Shown here: positions 11,291 through 24,942 of the stretch, piece after piece
Numbering within the stretch: position 1 is the first letter of the stretch
How the letters are laid out: each line of letters begins with the position of its first letter
DNA from: Lingula anatina
Taxonomy: Eukaryota > Animalia > Brachiopoda
Length of the DNA stretch: 64,000 bases
NCBI GenBank assembly: GCA_051362555.1
Contig: CM120646.1
Span: 7,688,001-7,752,000, forward strand
Direction: 5' to 3'
Notes under the pieces: generated by a model
What the model saw: the letters and a program-made list of their open reading frames with translations, nothing else
Database searches by the model: none
Told to the model about the DNA's origin: nothing
Made by a program: the position numbers and the translations under genes

Positions 11291-13784
11291 GCAGAGACCA
11301 TACACAAAATCTGGGCACCAATATTTTATGCACATGACCATTGTATTCAACAATAGAATAATGTATATTATAGAATGTCAGTATTAAGGATACTTAGTAC
11401 TATGGTCTGTAATTGTCACTTAACCGCTCTTCCCTTGGATTCACTAGTCCGGGAGCGTAGACAAACTGAGCATGAACAATCACTGTCATGCAGATTGCTT
11501 ACTAATTAGATGTGTAAATGCCAAAAAATCCTCCATGATCCTCGGTCCAGGGGTCTTGGTTCGTGGGGATTTTTAAGTTCTAGAAAATTACATAGTTAGG
11601 ATAGAGATTCAGTATTCATATTTGATAGATATATTCCCATCACCTTGATGGGTCAGCTTCCAAAAGCCTCCTTGGTCCTCGGTCCAGAGGTCTTGGACAG
11701 TGGAGATCTTTGAATTGTATAATTTATATAGTAATTCTGTATTCCATTTTGATAGACATTAAATCATATTTGTATTTTACAAGATACTCTCAGCCTGTTT
11801 CTTACAATTTTTACACATTATTCAAATTTTTGGGTGGGGCAGAAAACTTACCGAGCTTCACCATTCGGTTTTACGATAAGTTTTCTATGGCGGGAAGTAA
11901 TCCCCACCTTTTATGATCTACAGAGTTAAGCTTTAAGCTTTGCGTAATCCAAAATAATATTATGTAATTGGCAGCTCGCGAACCGCGATCCATTACGTAG
12001 GAAGTGACTCCATTGCCCCATTACTTTATCCATTATCAACCATTAGATCATAAAATGAACAAAAATTTGATATATGAATATAAAGTCTTAGCTAATGATA
12101 AATAAAGATTATTGCATGCCCATAATCTAATTTATCAAGCTAAGATTTTACCCGAGTCGCTTCCTACAGCTGCCTCTGTAAATAACATTACGTCATCCAC
12201 TTAACCTTATGGCACTATTAGCCAATCGCCCCGCGGGTTTGAATCACGTGCGGAGGAAGACAGAGACCACGCATCTTGTGCACATTCCTGAAGACACTCT
12301 TTGGCTTACAGCTCAGCCGCACGGACAAATAAGACAAGCGCGTAAGTAGAAGTCAACACCAAATAACATCAATACCGATCAAGGGTAAGTTACTACCTTC
12401 GTTTATTCAGTTTCCCACCCAACCCTGTCCCCCTTTTACATTCAACTCACATGCTTCTGTTTTCATTTCTCAACACTTACCTAGTATCAAAATTATGATA
12501 CTCAATTAATTGGCGGGAAGTAATCCCCACCTTTTATGATCTACAGAGTTAAGCTTTAAGCTTTGCGTAATCCAACATAATATTATGTAATTGGCAGCTC
12601 GCGAACCGCGATCCATTACGTAGGAAGTGACTCCATTGCCCCATTACTTTATCCATTATCAACCATTAGATCATAAAATGAACAAAAATTTGATATATGA
12701 ATATAAAGTCTTAGCTAATGATAAAACAAATTATTATTCACTTTCCGACAACTGGCCAATCATTGCGCATTCATTCTGCAAACAAAGCGCTGCTTGTGCC
12801 TCCCATCTACGACCACAGCGATGTCAATTTTATGGTCGCAGAAAGCAGTTTCGGATTACGACAGGGGGTGTCGGGGGGGGGGGGGGGTCCTGAACCCCTC
12901 CGATTTCTGAAATAGAAATTTCACCAATATTCCCCTTTTGAAATTAGAATTTTGTCTAGCTAAACCATAGTTGTACACAGCACCAAATAATACCGTTCAC
13001 CTTCTAAAAAAAATTCGGGGCCCCGCCTTGAACCCCACGCCAAAGGGGAGCTTGCATCGGCTTCACATCCGAAGCATGCCATTCCTAAAAAACGGACCCC
13101 CCCCCCCCCCCCGGCAAAGGACGCAAAAAGGAAGCAGTCCAGTGCAAAGGGGGTTTAAGTGAAGTCAGGAGAATACAACCCCATGGTGACTGACGTTCTG
13201 AAAAAAGATATCTGTTATAAAAGTGTTCAGTTAATGTCACGCTGTCAATGACAATTCCGGTTTCAGTTTCAATTCTTTTTAAAACAGTTTATAAACACTT
13301 TATTTTTCTAAGAATATTGTTAGATTATAAAAAATAAATCGCAGTTTCATTTTCGTTTTAAATAAACCTTTATTTATCTGTATATTTATAAATTTATTTA
13401 TTTACTTTTCATTGAATGTCATACGGATATTTCCAAGCAAAAACTTTTATGACATATTATATTATCATTGCTTTTTCAAATGTATATTTTTCGTAAACAT
13501 TTTCAAAGTATTTGGACTGTTTTGGGGATATGAAGTTTTAAAATAATTACAAACTTAAAAAAGTGCTGGGGGGAAAAGACACTGTATACGTTGACAAGAA
13601 AGGAAATTCAAAAATATACGGTCCAATTAAATATGACAAATACATTCCACATTGGAAATTCAATGCTGGTCTCGATTTCATATGTTCCCTCTATTTCAAA
13701 CACAACCCCAAAAAAGGGATATCAGTGTTATTTGAAACCCCGTATTAAGGAGTAAAGTTTTGCTGTCTTGTGTTTCCTTATTAG

Positions 13785-14738
13785 GTGCATCACCCGCCCT
13801 AGTTCCGGTCGGGGGGACGTTTACCCACGTATGTCCCACCATGAGCCATTGTGAGGGAGTATCGACGCTCCTGGGAGTTACTTTCTTCAGACCCGGACTT
13901 TACTTCCTGTTGAGCACTGATGCCACAAATTATACAGTGTACGGTAAAAATATATCAGTCGACTACCAGAACAGACTGTCTACTGAGTACAGGCATCCTA
14001 ACAATGTCTTGTATATACGAAATATAAGCTGTTCGGATCAGGGGCGTTATCAGTGCAACGTATATTGCAAAGGAAAATCATTTCACACTTTTACTGAAGA
14101 TTTGGAAGTTTTAGGTAAGGCCCGGAAAAATTTATGCACTTGTAAGTGGTTAACGAACGGTGACTGACTTTAAACAGTGTCTGGCAAACGGTATCTGTTT
14201 TTTTCTCAGAATTAAAGAATCGGTCTTGTTCGTTAACCAGCTTATTAATTTCGTCTGATCTCATTGATATATTTCTTCGATTAGTAAGTGGACAATTTTA
14301 ATTCTGTCTAATCTCATTGATGTATTTCTTCGATTTGTAAGTGGACAACGCAGTGGCGGATTTAGGGGGAGGTCGGGGGGATCCTGACCCCCACCCTTCG
14401 ATTTTAGGTCCCCTCTTGAAATTATAATTTTGACTTGCTGAATCATAGTTCTAAACCGTAGTAAATGGCAGCGTTCGCTCTCTAAAATACCAAAAATTTT
14501 TTGGGGCCCTTCAGCGGGGGTTGGAGGGTGGGAAGGGGGGTGGGGGAGGTGAGGGGGTGGGTCGGCTTCGCATCCGCGGATCCCCCCCCCCTTTCAAATA
14601 ATCCTGGATTCGCCCCTGCAACGTACTATTTGGGTTGTACGTGGTTCACATAAAATTAGCTGATAACAAGCAAACAAAAAAGAGGAAAGAAAAGAAATAC
14701 AGTTAATTATACCGCTATGCCATCTCTCTTTCTCTCTT

Positions 14739-14800
<62 letters not shown>

Positions 14801-16242
14801 GCACGCACATACACGGAAGAAAAGCACATACATGTATATTAAGAGGTGAAGGTATGAACAACATCTGTTTTTTGTATCAGTTGACTCCGGTCAGCCGTCC
14901 ATACATATGAACGTTCTACACGATTCATCTGGTTTGGTGGAAATCCGTTGCTATGCAAAACTTGGCAAGCCTCCGAAAGCCATTAAGTTACTTCCAGATA
15001 TCACAGGGATCGACAATTCTACGCTCGACAGTTGCTGCAGATATGGTGAAAGAAAAGTAAACGTAACGCTGAAGGCCGAAGATGATGGGAAAACTTTTAA
15101 ATGCCGAGTGGAAAATAGATCGGATTCCGTAACATTTGGTAATTATCTTATAATTTTAACACTAACGCTTTATATAATTTCGGGACAGACGAGGCTAGAT
15201 TGCAAACTGTTGCCTCTTAATTTTCTCTCTCTCTTTCTCTTATTTTCTTTTATTTTAGTTATTATTATTATTATTATTATTATTATTTTTGTATATTAAC
15301 ATTGCAATTTCTCTTTAGTTACAGCAAAAATTCCTCGAATAAGTCTGATCATCAAGAGTGGTAACATAACACATTCTTCACGTGTTATCCGTATGGCGGA
15401 GCGATCTTCTGTTGTACTAAATTGTTCATCGGAAGGGCATCCGCGGCCTTTTTACACATGGAGATTCGTGTCGACTGCGTCCAGCAGGGAAAAAACTGAA
15501 ATGGGGAGTTCCTTGGAGCTAAAGCATAGCCCCAGTGGGGGTAATGGCACCTGGATATGTCAAGCATATAATTCAGCCGTTGTTCACCGTCCGACAGCCT
15601 CCATAAGGATTGAAATGTTACCTGTACACCGGTCGTCAGAAATGGGTATGTACAGTAATGGGGCAGGTAGATGAGTATTTTAGCATCTTCATAACCAGTT
15701 ATGCGTGAAGTGTGAAGAAGAAATATGCACGTATAAAACTAGTATCGAAGGAAAAGCAGCAGTTTTATATTTATATCAATATATTTAAAGATTTAATGTC
15801 AGATATCCGTTGTCGCTATTATCCTGATATATGAATGAATATTTTTATGACTTCAGATTATGTTTTCCTACATTCGTAATAAAATTATCCATACTGACTT
15901 TTATGTTTGCATGTAAAGTCTTATTTTTTGAGATTTTTTTACCAGTTTTATTTTGTAAATATTCATAAAATGAAAAATAATTGGGTCATGTTGAACATGA
16001 GTTTATACTCGCTTTCAGTTAAGTTTATTATTACTATTATTATCATCGTTATTATTATTCACTATTTACAGTCACCTACGTTCTGTCTATACCGGTTATA
16101 TTGATAGCAGGCAGCGTATTAACTGTTGTCGGTGGCATTGTCATCTTCGTCATCCGTACGAGGGTCAGAAGCACTCACTGTAAAAAGTCTACAACGGGCG
16201 AAGAGAGTACGTCTACTTTTATAGAATAATGGGACATTCTAG

Positions 16243-16273
<31 letters not shown>

Positions 16274-19200
16274 TCTGAACTTTCGTTAGATTTAACTGTT
16301 CGATAATTTAAATCAAGATGAACGGAATGTGATATTTTTAGGAAAACTGTGGATCATGTCTTTGTATAAGTGAAGCATGTGATAAAGGCGGAATTTTTAG
16401 TATATGCTTTTTTATCTATATGCTCAACTGAGTAGTGTTTTCAACTTAACTGGGTTAGACTCTGATTCTAGTGTCGTTGAACCCAATGACCAGTATACAT
16501 GGACCTGAGGAAGAGATAAACAACATCCAAACGTAGGTTATATGGACTGTTGTTAATTAAATTGTTACTGTAAATTACCCCAACAATAAAACTGATTAGT
16601 ATTTTTTCGTTTATAGTTATTTCACAAGCTCTGTTGTCGAAGATTTCTGTCAAGAAAAAAAAAAAAGAAAGAAAGCAAAAACAATATTACAATGCAATGT
16701 ATGGTTTCTATAATCGAGGCGTGTATCTTTTCACAGTGACGATGAAGGAGGGGCTGAAAATTACCTAACTCCTGTACGCAGGAGACCCATTGTTGGTGAT
16801 CCTGATACCCCTGGAGAGCAAGGCGATGAAAGGCGAGATCCGCCATGCCGACAAGTTTCCATTATGGAAGAGATTGGGAGCGGGCACTTCAGTACAGTTC
16901 ACAGGGCAAACTTGACAACAACCACCGGCCAAGTTATCCTCGTGGCAGCAAAACTATGCAGAGGTTCGTGCTTTGTAACTTTGTTTACATGCAGTAGAAC
17001 AGGTACTTGTATGTAATAAAAATATTGTCAGTGTTGAAATGTTAACGCAAACTGGCATGGTAAATTTGTTATAGTGGATTCTACATGTTTCAAGTTACCG
17101 CAGTGCTTCTTTCTGGATGTAGAGCCAATTGGCAAAAAATTCTTAAGAACTCTGCAAGGCAGGTAGAGGAGAAAACATCAAGTAATTAAAGTATACCGCT
17201 ATTTTAATTATAGTTTCTTTTCATCAAGGCGGTGCATATGAAAAAAGAGAATTTGAACGAGAAGCCGAAATTATGAAGACAGTCTCCAAACACCCAAACG
17301 TCGTGGAATATCTGGGCTATGCAGAATCGTCGGGTACAGTACTAATTCTGATAATAATATTTATGGATGTGGTATAATGGACATTTATCTATTGTAAAAA
17401 TTAATTCTATGCTTATGACCCACGTATTATAGTAAGATCCTCTTTTGTTTGAAATAGAGTTGGAGGGTGGTCGTAGGGCGGGTCACAAGAATGATACCTT
17501 ACTTGGCTCGATTCCTTCGGCAAATTTTATACTACAGGTGACTAGGATAATGTTACGATGAAGTAAATTTACCTTTTATTTCATTGTGAGGGGAAAAGGG
17601 CTACTTTAAGTTTTTAAAGAGGAAACCCCTATACATGCACGTATGCGTCTTTGTATAGTTTTCTAAAGAGATTGGGGGGTATTTACCCAGTCTTTTCTGA
17701 TACAGAAATGCACCGTCCCATCTGAGTCTGCTTTCCATCGTTATAGTATATCAGATATTATAATACATGTAGCACATCTTGATCATTCAGGTGCATCAGT
17801 TCTCCTCCTTGAATTCGCCACTGGTGGTGATCTGCTCCATTTACTGCGGAACAGTCGGGATGTCGGCTGCTCATTACATCCGGGCAGTACAAAGCTGTCA
17901 CTAACAGATCTTATTTCGTTTTCCCTTCAAGTCGCAAAAGGAATGGAACACATATCTAAGCTAAACGTAAGCATGTTATTGTTAACTCTTTAAAAAAATT
18001 TTGTGTGATTAATTTTTGACTTAGGATAATAACAAAGTGCCACACGTATTTCACTGAAAATTTAGCCAGTATTGTTATACGTGGGTTAGAGTAACAAAAC
18101 CGGTTTCAAAGTAAGCCCAACGAACTAAGCTACGTATGCAACGTCATTATTTTTCAAATATGATGCCAGATGGCTCACAATTTGACAAAAAACGTAGTTG
18201 ACGTCAGAGGGGCCAACTTGCCCCGCCACCAAAATATCTATCAATAAAATTTGTTTTGTTTTGATTAAGAATAAATTAATAATGATATATAGCAGGTTTT
18301 TAATGAATGAAAACGAATAATGAATTTTCGTTTTAAAAGAAAGTAACAAATTCAGTTTTAAACCATTGAGTTTGTTTCAACAATGGTCTCTAGCTAGGGA
18401 GGGGTGGAAATTCCCTTGGGGCCACATATAACACTATAAATACAAAGGGAATCCCCTCACAATGAATTTAGGCAAAATAAATGTTTTTCTAAGGAAAGTC
18501 CAATGGATTTGCTTTTTAATACATACAATGAATAGAACATTTCTAATATAATTTTTCGAAAAGACACCAGAGAGCAAATTAAATATAATCAATCAGACGG
18601 TCTGATCAAGCTAAATGTCAATTTCACCAACTTGTTTATTTCAAACAGCGTTGCGCGCAAAGGATTGTGGGCAATATGAGGGTCCAACTTGCCCCGAGTC
18701 AAGGGGGCCAACAAGCCCCGGGTGCACACTTTTTATTTTAAAGGATGGCAGCCATTTATGGTGCTAGAATGAGCAACAATGATACATCACTGTGAAACTT
18801 GAAACAATGAGCTTCAGTTTGATGCCCTATATGTATATCATATTCGATCAAAAGCCTATGAAAATAGATTTTTAAATCTCTTAAACAAAATTACTTTTAG
18901 GTGCAAAAATCGTTTATTTCGACTCACCGCTTAAGTAAAACTTTTTAACGTCCGACACTTCTTTAGCATTGTAGGCTACGGTCACTTTACAAGAGTATGT
19001 GGTCAATTTTTTTTTACCTTGTAGTTACTTTTTCATAAATTGCCGGGGGGGGCAACTTACCCCGGGGTCCAACTAGCCACGGTCTCCCCTAAGTGTTTTA
19101 AACTCAAGAAAATAAGTAAATACTAACAGCTTTAGAATGCACATACTGCCCACCTCCAATAGCATGCATACTATTAATAAATGTTTTACCCTTTACAGAA

Positions 19201-21271
19201 TGTCTGTGATATTGCAAAATTTCACCTTTTCAGAACCTAATATTTCAGAAACTAATATTTCCTTGCAAAAAAGGCAATCAAATAACATATTCCAATGCAT
19301 CAAAAATGTCACTTGGAAGGTCTCCTTTTAATTGCAGAAAAAGCCACATTTCACTGGCATATCTGTAGTGTAAATAACTTTTTTATTTACCAAAGAAGAG
19401 TGCATATATCGTTGCGATCAGCAATAATTTAGAGTGTGTTTTATTTGTTATTTTTGTTCTGTCACTGTAGTTGCTGCACCGAGATCTTGCTGCACGGAAC
19501 GTCCTCATGTTTGACAACAGAGTGTGTAAGATATCTGACTTTGGACTGGCTAGGAATATAGCACAAAGCAGACAGTATGAGAGGCAGACCTCTGTACGTA
19601 GAATAAATTATCGCTCTACCCCTGATTAATTTAATTTAGGCCTATAGTGTCATTTTAGCCGATACAAGTTCAACAAGAATACAGCAATGCTTGCAGTGCA
19701 ATCTCTTAAACTTAATGTTTTTCTACACTGTTAGCGAATTCAGACAATATTTATCACCGGATGGTAATTTATATATTACAAAAATCAACTGTTTTCTGTG
19801 GAAATGCAAAATAATGTATTTCTTTTTTATATGATAGCGTATTGGGTTTAAATTGTTTTCGCTAAGCATGCAGTATTTGTCGAGCAGTCGAAAATGCAAA
19901 CCACTAAAGCATATACCTCGACCACATATGAAAAAGGTCTAGGTTACGATGCGTTCTGCTTTCTTGCCCCCATCCAAACCATGTACGCCAATGCATTTCT
20001 AATTTTAGGGTCCTCTTCCTGTCAGATGGATGGCCCCTGAGTCGCTTGCGGACAACATATACACTACTAGAAGCGATGTTTGGTCTTATGGTGTTTTGAT
20101 GTGGGAGATATTCACACTTGGTATGACATTGGATGAAAAAAAGAAACATTGATTTGAAAAGACCAAGTACTACATAGATTTTGGGGTCTTGGCTTCAAAA
20201 TACATATTATGTGTTGATTTTGTAAATACATGAAGAAGATGCTCTATGATGAAGGAACGGGTTTACTACAAGGGTTCTTTCTCTATATTAAATAGTTTAA
20301 TATAGAGCACGAGAGAGAAGGAATCCCTTGAACAATCTTAAAAGCAGTTTTCACAAAATGTTTTTATGCAAGTACCAACGCCAACACCTGTTATGTACTA
20401 TGCTCGAAAAATGTACTGATATAAATATCCCTGAAATAATTTTAAACTCCACCACAAAATATATTTATATGATACATTGCACACGCATCAATTTGGTTTC
20501 ATTTTGGATTTCCAGGGAGAGCCCCCTATGCTGGCTATAGCGGTGCGCAGACTTTGGAGTTTGTTATATCTGGCCGTACCTCTCAGTACTTACGTAGACC
20601 AAGCTGCTGCAGTCCTGATATGTTAGTATAGTCTGCTTTATTTTTTCATTATTTTTGTCATCACCTTTGCTCATATATGTTACTAATTTTGGTGTTTATT
20701 ATTATAAGCAATGACCTCGACTCTGACACTTACACCCACCATCAGTTTTATGCCAAACAAGCAGGAAAAAATGAAAGGTTTGGTGTAAGCTATCCGAAAA
20801 ACAATCGCTTAGTAAGAGTAGGAATGGGGTATACTCTATATCTATATGTGATTTTGACAGGCACCATTACTAACTTAACTTCAGATGTCTTTACTTCTGG
20901 TTCTAGTTAGAATGTTATGACATAAAAAGGACTCAGCTGTATGGGTAAATGTGTCAAATCAATAGTAAAATAGGTACAGTCAACAGTGTGTGCTTGCTCG
21001 AGAGCATGCTGTGACCCTACCGGTTTCTTCAAAATTGATTTTAAAAGTTCGAGTAGTGCACATTGTAGCTGACATGAATATTCATAAATATTATTGGCCG
21101 TAAACTACAGAATTTACACGGCTATTTTGTTGTAATTCTATATTGTTTTCTTTAATATTTAGATACAGAGTAATGCAGCGCTGTTGGGCTGTGAAACCAC
21201 GAGCACGACCGAATTTTCGGGCTCTAGCGGAGACTATATCCGCCATTTCCACCAGTACAAGTCACGTATGA
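13785..21271 (+). CDS. Receptor tyrosine kinase 1 with three Ig domains (FGFR/RET-like kinase); signal-peptide exon not located
   Basis: Phase-compatible GT-AG exons: 13785-14114 (IgV, DQGRYQC), 14881-15138, 15319-15645 (CSSEGHP..W..WICQAYN), 16072-16206 (TM), 16472-16532, 16737-16963 (IGSGHFS, VAAK), 17229-17333, 17791-17966, 19471-19593 ([13 protein letters not shown]), 20009-20120 ([15 protein letters not shown]), 20516-20621, 21163-21271 (CW..RPNF, TGA). Confidence 0.93.
14351..14618. mobile_element. MITE with CAG...CTG termini and a 5-bp TSD (CAACG)
   Basis: Ends are cagtggcggatttagg and cctggattcgcccctg. The TSD lies at 14346-14350 and 14619-14623. The paralog at ~1010-1026 shows the empty site ggacaacgtactattt. 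Confidence 0.9.
18080..19090. mobile_element. Probable DNA-transposon remnant in an RTK1 intron
   Basis: ggggccaacttgcccc-type motifs recur near 18209, 18680, 18704, 19048 and 19064, and the segment ends in cacggtctcccct. The left end is uncertain. Confidence 0.45.
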
Positions 21272-21811
21272 CTGATAAGGGAGGAGGTTTGGGAAACACA
21301 TAGAGTAGTGCATAAAACATGCAAGAAACGTGTACCCGTAAGCCTATATCATAAACTGTCATTTTTCAGGCTAGATTGGCCGTTTTGGAACCTGAACAGA
21401 ATAAATTGCAACAGAATTTACTTCATCACATTGTATTTTCCTGAAGTCTCAAAAGCATCATACTAAAAGCTCCACAAAGTCCCCGCACGGTCAGGAAACA
21501 TGAAATGTCCAAGCTATCTGCCAATTACCATACAAATATACACTCTAGCATATATGGTCTTAATCAGCTCACACCCCTACTTCAGCCCAATCATACACTA
21601 GACACTGCCTACGTGCATTACTTTATTACGGATCATATTATCATACTTTGCATAAATTCTAAATGGCCTTCGACAGTCAAAGAAATAATTCCCATAAAAT
21701 TGGCTAGAGTATTGAATTATTTTACTTTTACAGGCATGCTGTAGAGATCATTACACTGAACAAACCACTGATGAGTTTTCAAACCTGGAGTTGTATAAAT
21801 AAAATGAAACT

Positions 21812-21960
21812 AAGACCCCGTTCCCATACCTAGATCGATCTAGCAGGATCGACCATCTCCCAGGGGTGTCTCGCTAAATTGCATTCAGCTTAAGCGGCTC
21901 TGATGTCTGGCACGCTTACTGAAGCTGTTAGGGAGTGATTAACTATTGTAATTAACTATT
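21812..21960. mobile_element. Fragment of the MITE family also present at 44814-45245
   Basis: accccgttcccatacctagatcgatctag is roughly the reverse complement of the right end gtcgatctaatctatgagaatggggt. Confidence 0.5.
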
Positions 21961-22395
21961 GCTAATCATAAAAGATTTTTAAAGAATGAATATTTAGATA
22001 GACTTTAAAACTGTGCTAATTTCATATATTCACATATATTCACTTTCATATTTCCTATGCATGAATCTGTGGGCCCTTTAGTACGATTTTTTTGAGAATT
22101 CAAGGAAATGCGTAGTGATAAAATAAATTATGATGCGATTTTGTCCAGGTGAAACCTTATTTTGCCTAGACTATAATACATAATTAAAAACAGGCGAAGA
22201 ACTTGTTAAATTTGCAATGAATTATACAAAGTGTAGCTTAAATATATACTGAGTTTATATTTGGTATACATAACTAGGTTTTTTGTTAAGCTCATATCCC
22301 GCAAGAAAATGCAGTAGTATCGAAGTAGCAAAGAAGCATTAACGCAGTAGTGGTGTGGAGCATATTTGCAGTAGAAATGCAGCATAGCCTACTGC

Positions 22396-23927
22396 AATAA
22401 AGGGAACCGGAGAAGATCAGCATTGGTCAGAATTGTGCCGGAAGTGACGTGCAGTGGTGTTAGAAACGAAGCTGAGTGGTCATTTTAACATAGAGGTGAA
22501 CGGCAGTGAAGACGGGTTGTCGGAGGAAAAAGAAGTTTTCTAAACAACATGGTAAGATAACTCTCTTTTTTTTACGCATTTTGGGCAGAGAAGACTTGTA
22601 GAAATAATAAATGCATGATATGAAAACGTGACACGGAATTTGAAGGTGCAAAATCGTGCTTAATTTGCGGTCAACTTGTTTAGAAATAAATGCTGCGTCG
22701 ACCGCCAGCGCGACAAAAAGCGCAAAGGGGAAATAATTCCCGGGAGTCTATAAATCGTTGTCATGTGGAAATTTGGCATTAATATAATCCGATATGTCCA
22801 TATCTAAGTATTTTTGGGTGTTTTATGGTATGGGCTGCAATTACAACGATGTTTTAGAGGTCTTGAAGGACCTTGTGAAAACCAGGAAGTAGTTCGTAAC
22901 TAACAAGTGGAATGTACCGATCTCCGACTGCTGTGCACAGCTGTATCTTTTTTTCAATATACTGACGAATTTTTAGATCTTTACATGTCCATCTGGCATG
23001 AAATTCCACACACATGATCACATTGATATACCTTTTACACTGGGGAAGGCGCTAATCAGAAACAAATGCCAAGACAAAGGTGACATTCTGACAGCCTCTT
23101 ATCTGAGTTAAAAATCACTGACAAAAGAGACTGGCAATCAATTTCCTCAGGCTGGCAATCATTAGCCTATAGAAATTGGTCATGTTACATCTTATCTACC
23201 TGTGAGAATCGTTTTACCAACTGAGTATTGCATAATAATGTCAATTATTAGTACTTTGAGCTAGTCTTAATTACCTGTCAGCTCACCTGAATTCTCTTTT
23301 TGTCTTTTTGGGAAGATCTTGTCAGTGAAATGTTTTATTTGTCCTGTGACAAAAATTCGTCAATATATTGAAAAAAGATACAGCTGTGCACAGCAGTCGG
23401 AGATCGGTACATTTCACTTGTTAGTTACGAACTACTTCCTGGTTTCCACAAGGTCCTTCAAAACCTCTAAAACATCGTTGTAATTGCAGCCCATACCATA
23501 AAACACCCAAAAATACTTAGATATGGACATATCGGATTATATTAATGCCAAATTTCCACATGGCGACGATTTATAGACTCCCGGGAATTATTTCCCCTTT
23601 ACGCTTTTTGTCGCGCTGGCGGTCGACGCAGCATTCATTTCTAAACAAGTTGACCGCAAATTAAGCACGATTTTGCACCTTCAAGTTCCGTGTCACGTTT
23701 TCATATCATGCATTTATTATTTCTACAAGTCTTCTCTGCCCAAAATGCGTAAAAAAAGAGAGTTATCTTACCATGTTGTTTAGAAAACTTCTTTTTCCTC
23801 CGACAACCCGTCTTCACTGCCGTTCACCTCTATGTTAAAATGACCACTCAGCTTCGTTTCTAACACCACTGCACGTCACTTCCGGCACAATTCTGACCAA
23901 TGCTGATCTTCTCCGGTTCCCTTTATT
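22396..23927. mobile_element. Foldback element with ~580-bp near-perfect inverted arms and a ~376-bp spacer
   Basis: 22396-22974 is the reverse complement of 23351-23927 with only a few mismatches. Confidence 0.93.
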
Positions 23928-24129
23928 CTACTTCAAGAATTACATAGGGTTGTACAGAGGAGGAGCATTAATGCAGTAGATTAGCAGCATGATAGAAGCA
24001 TGTTTCAAATATGCTAATTAGCTCCCACATCGAAGCAGATTTGAAGCATGTTTGCAGTATGATTGCAGTAGTCTACTGCGCTGGAGTATCTACTTCGTTT
24101 TCGTGCGCGTGCAAGGATGTGAAAATGCG

Positions 24130-24942
24130 GATAATAGAGGGTACCGGTGGAAACTGGATTGTGCCGGAAGTGTGACGTCATGTGACGTCAAGTGGTGTAA
24201 GACATGGAGCTGAATGGTCATTTTTAGCTGGGGGTGAATGGAGCGAAGATGTGGGCTCAGAGAAAAAAGCAGTTTTTCCAACATCGTAGATAGATAACCT
24301 TTTTTTGCTATTTTGGGCAGAAAATACTTATAGAAATAATAGGTACATGATATGAAAACGTGATACGGTACTTGAAGGTGCAAAATCGTGCTTAATTTGC
24401 AGTCAGTTTGTTTTGAAATATATGCTACATCAACCGACAGGGCGACAAAGAGCGTCAAGCGTCAGCGTTGTGAGCGGCTCATCTAAAATCTCTTTGCATC
24501 TTCCTGGGAGGATCTTATCATGAAAAGCTTACTTTTCACCATTGAAATGTTTTATTTGTCCGAAGATTGCACCACATTTATTGAACATTTGTACATTTTT
24601 TTTTCTTTCTATGCGTTTGGGATTTAAAAAAGTGCAACAGTGTGAAAATGTCAAGTAAAGTAGAGCAGAGCTCATATGTGTGTGTGTGTGAGATTGAATG
24701 TCAGCTGGACATATAAACATCTAAAAACTCGTTACAATCTTTAAAAAAGATACATCATTGCACAGCGACCGTGGTTCGGTGCGATTCAGTTGTCAGTTGC
24801 CCACTACTTTCTGGTTTTCATAACGTCCTTCAAGGACTCTAAAACATTGTTATAATTGTAGCACACACCATAACACACCCAAAAATAATTAGATATGGGC
24901 ATATCAGATTACATACATGCAAAAGTTCCACATGACAACGAT
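24130..24942. mobile_element. Older, diverged and rearranged relative of the foldback element
   Basis: 24130-24460 resembles 22396-22730, and 24745-24942 resembles 23370-23572. Confidence 0.8.

Larger units (their letters stand above)
4321..12725 (+). mobile_element. Decayed tyrosine-recombinase retrotransposon (DIRS order, Ngaro/PAT-like) with split direct repeats A1...B1-A2-B2
   Basis: A1 4321-4628 matches A2 12101-12413; B1 11888-12102 matches B2 12511-12725. Internal remnants of a gag zinc finger, RT, RNase H and YR occur in that order. Confidence 0.93.
4260..13154. mobile_element. Non-autonomous inverted-repeat DNA element (about 0.5 kb when empty) split by the YR retrotransposon
   Basis: Left end accccctttacactgggtggcgtcctttctgcgtcc (4260-4295) is an imperfect reverse complement of ggacgcaaaaaggaagcagtccagtgcaaagggggt (13119-13154). 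TTAA flanks both sides (4256-4259, 13155-13158). Confidence 0.7.
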
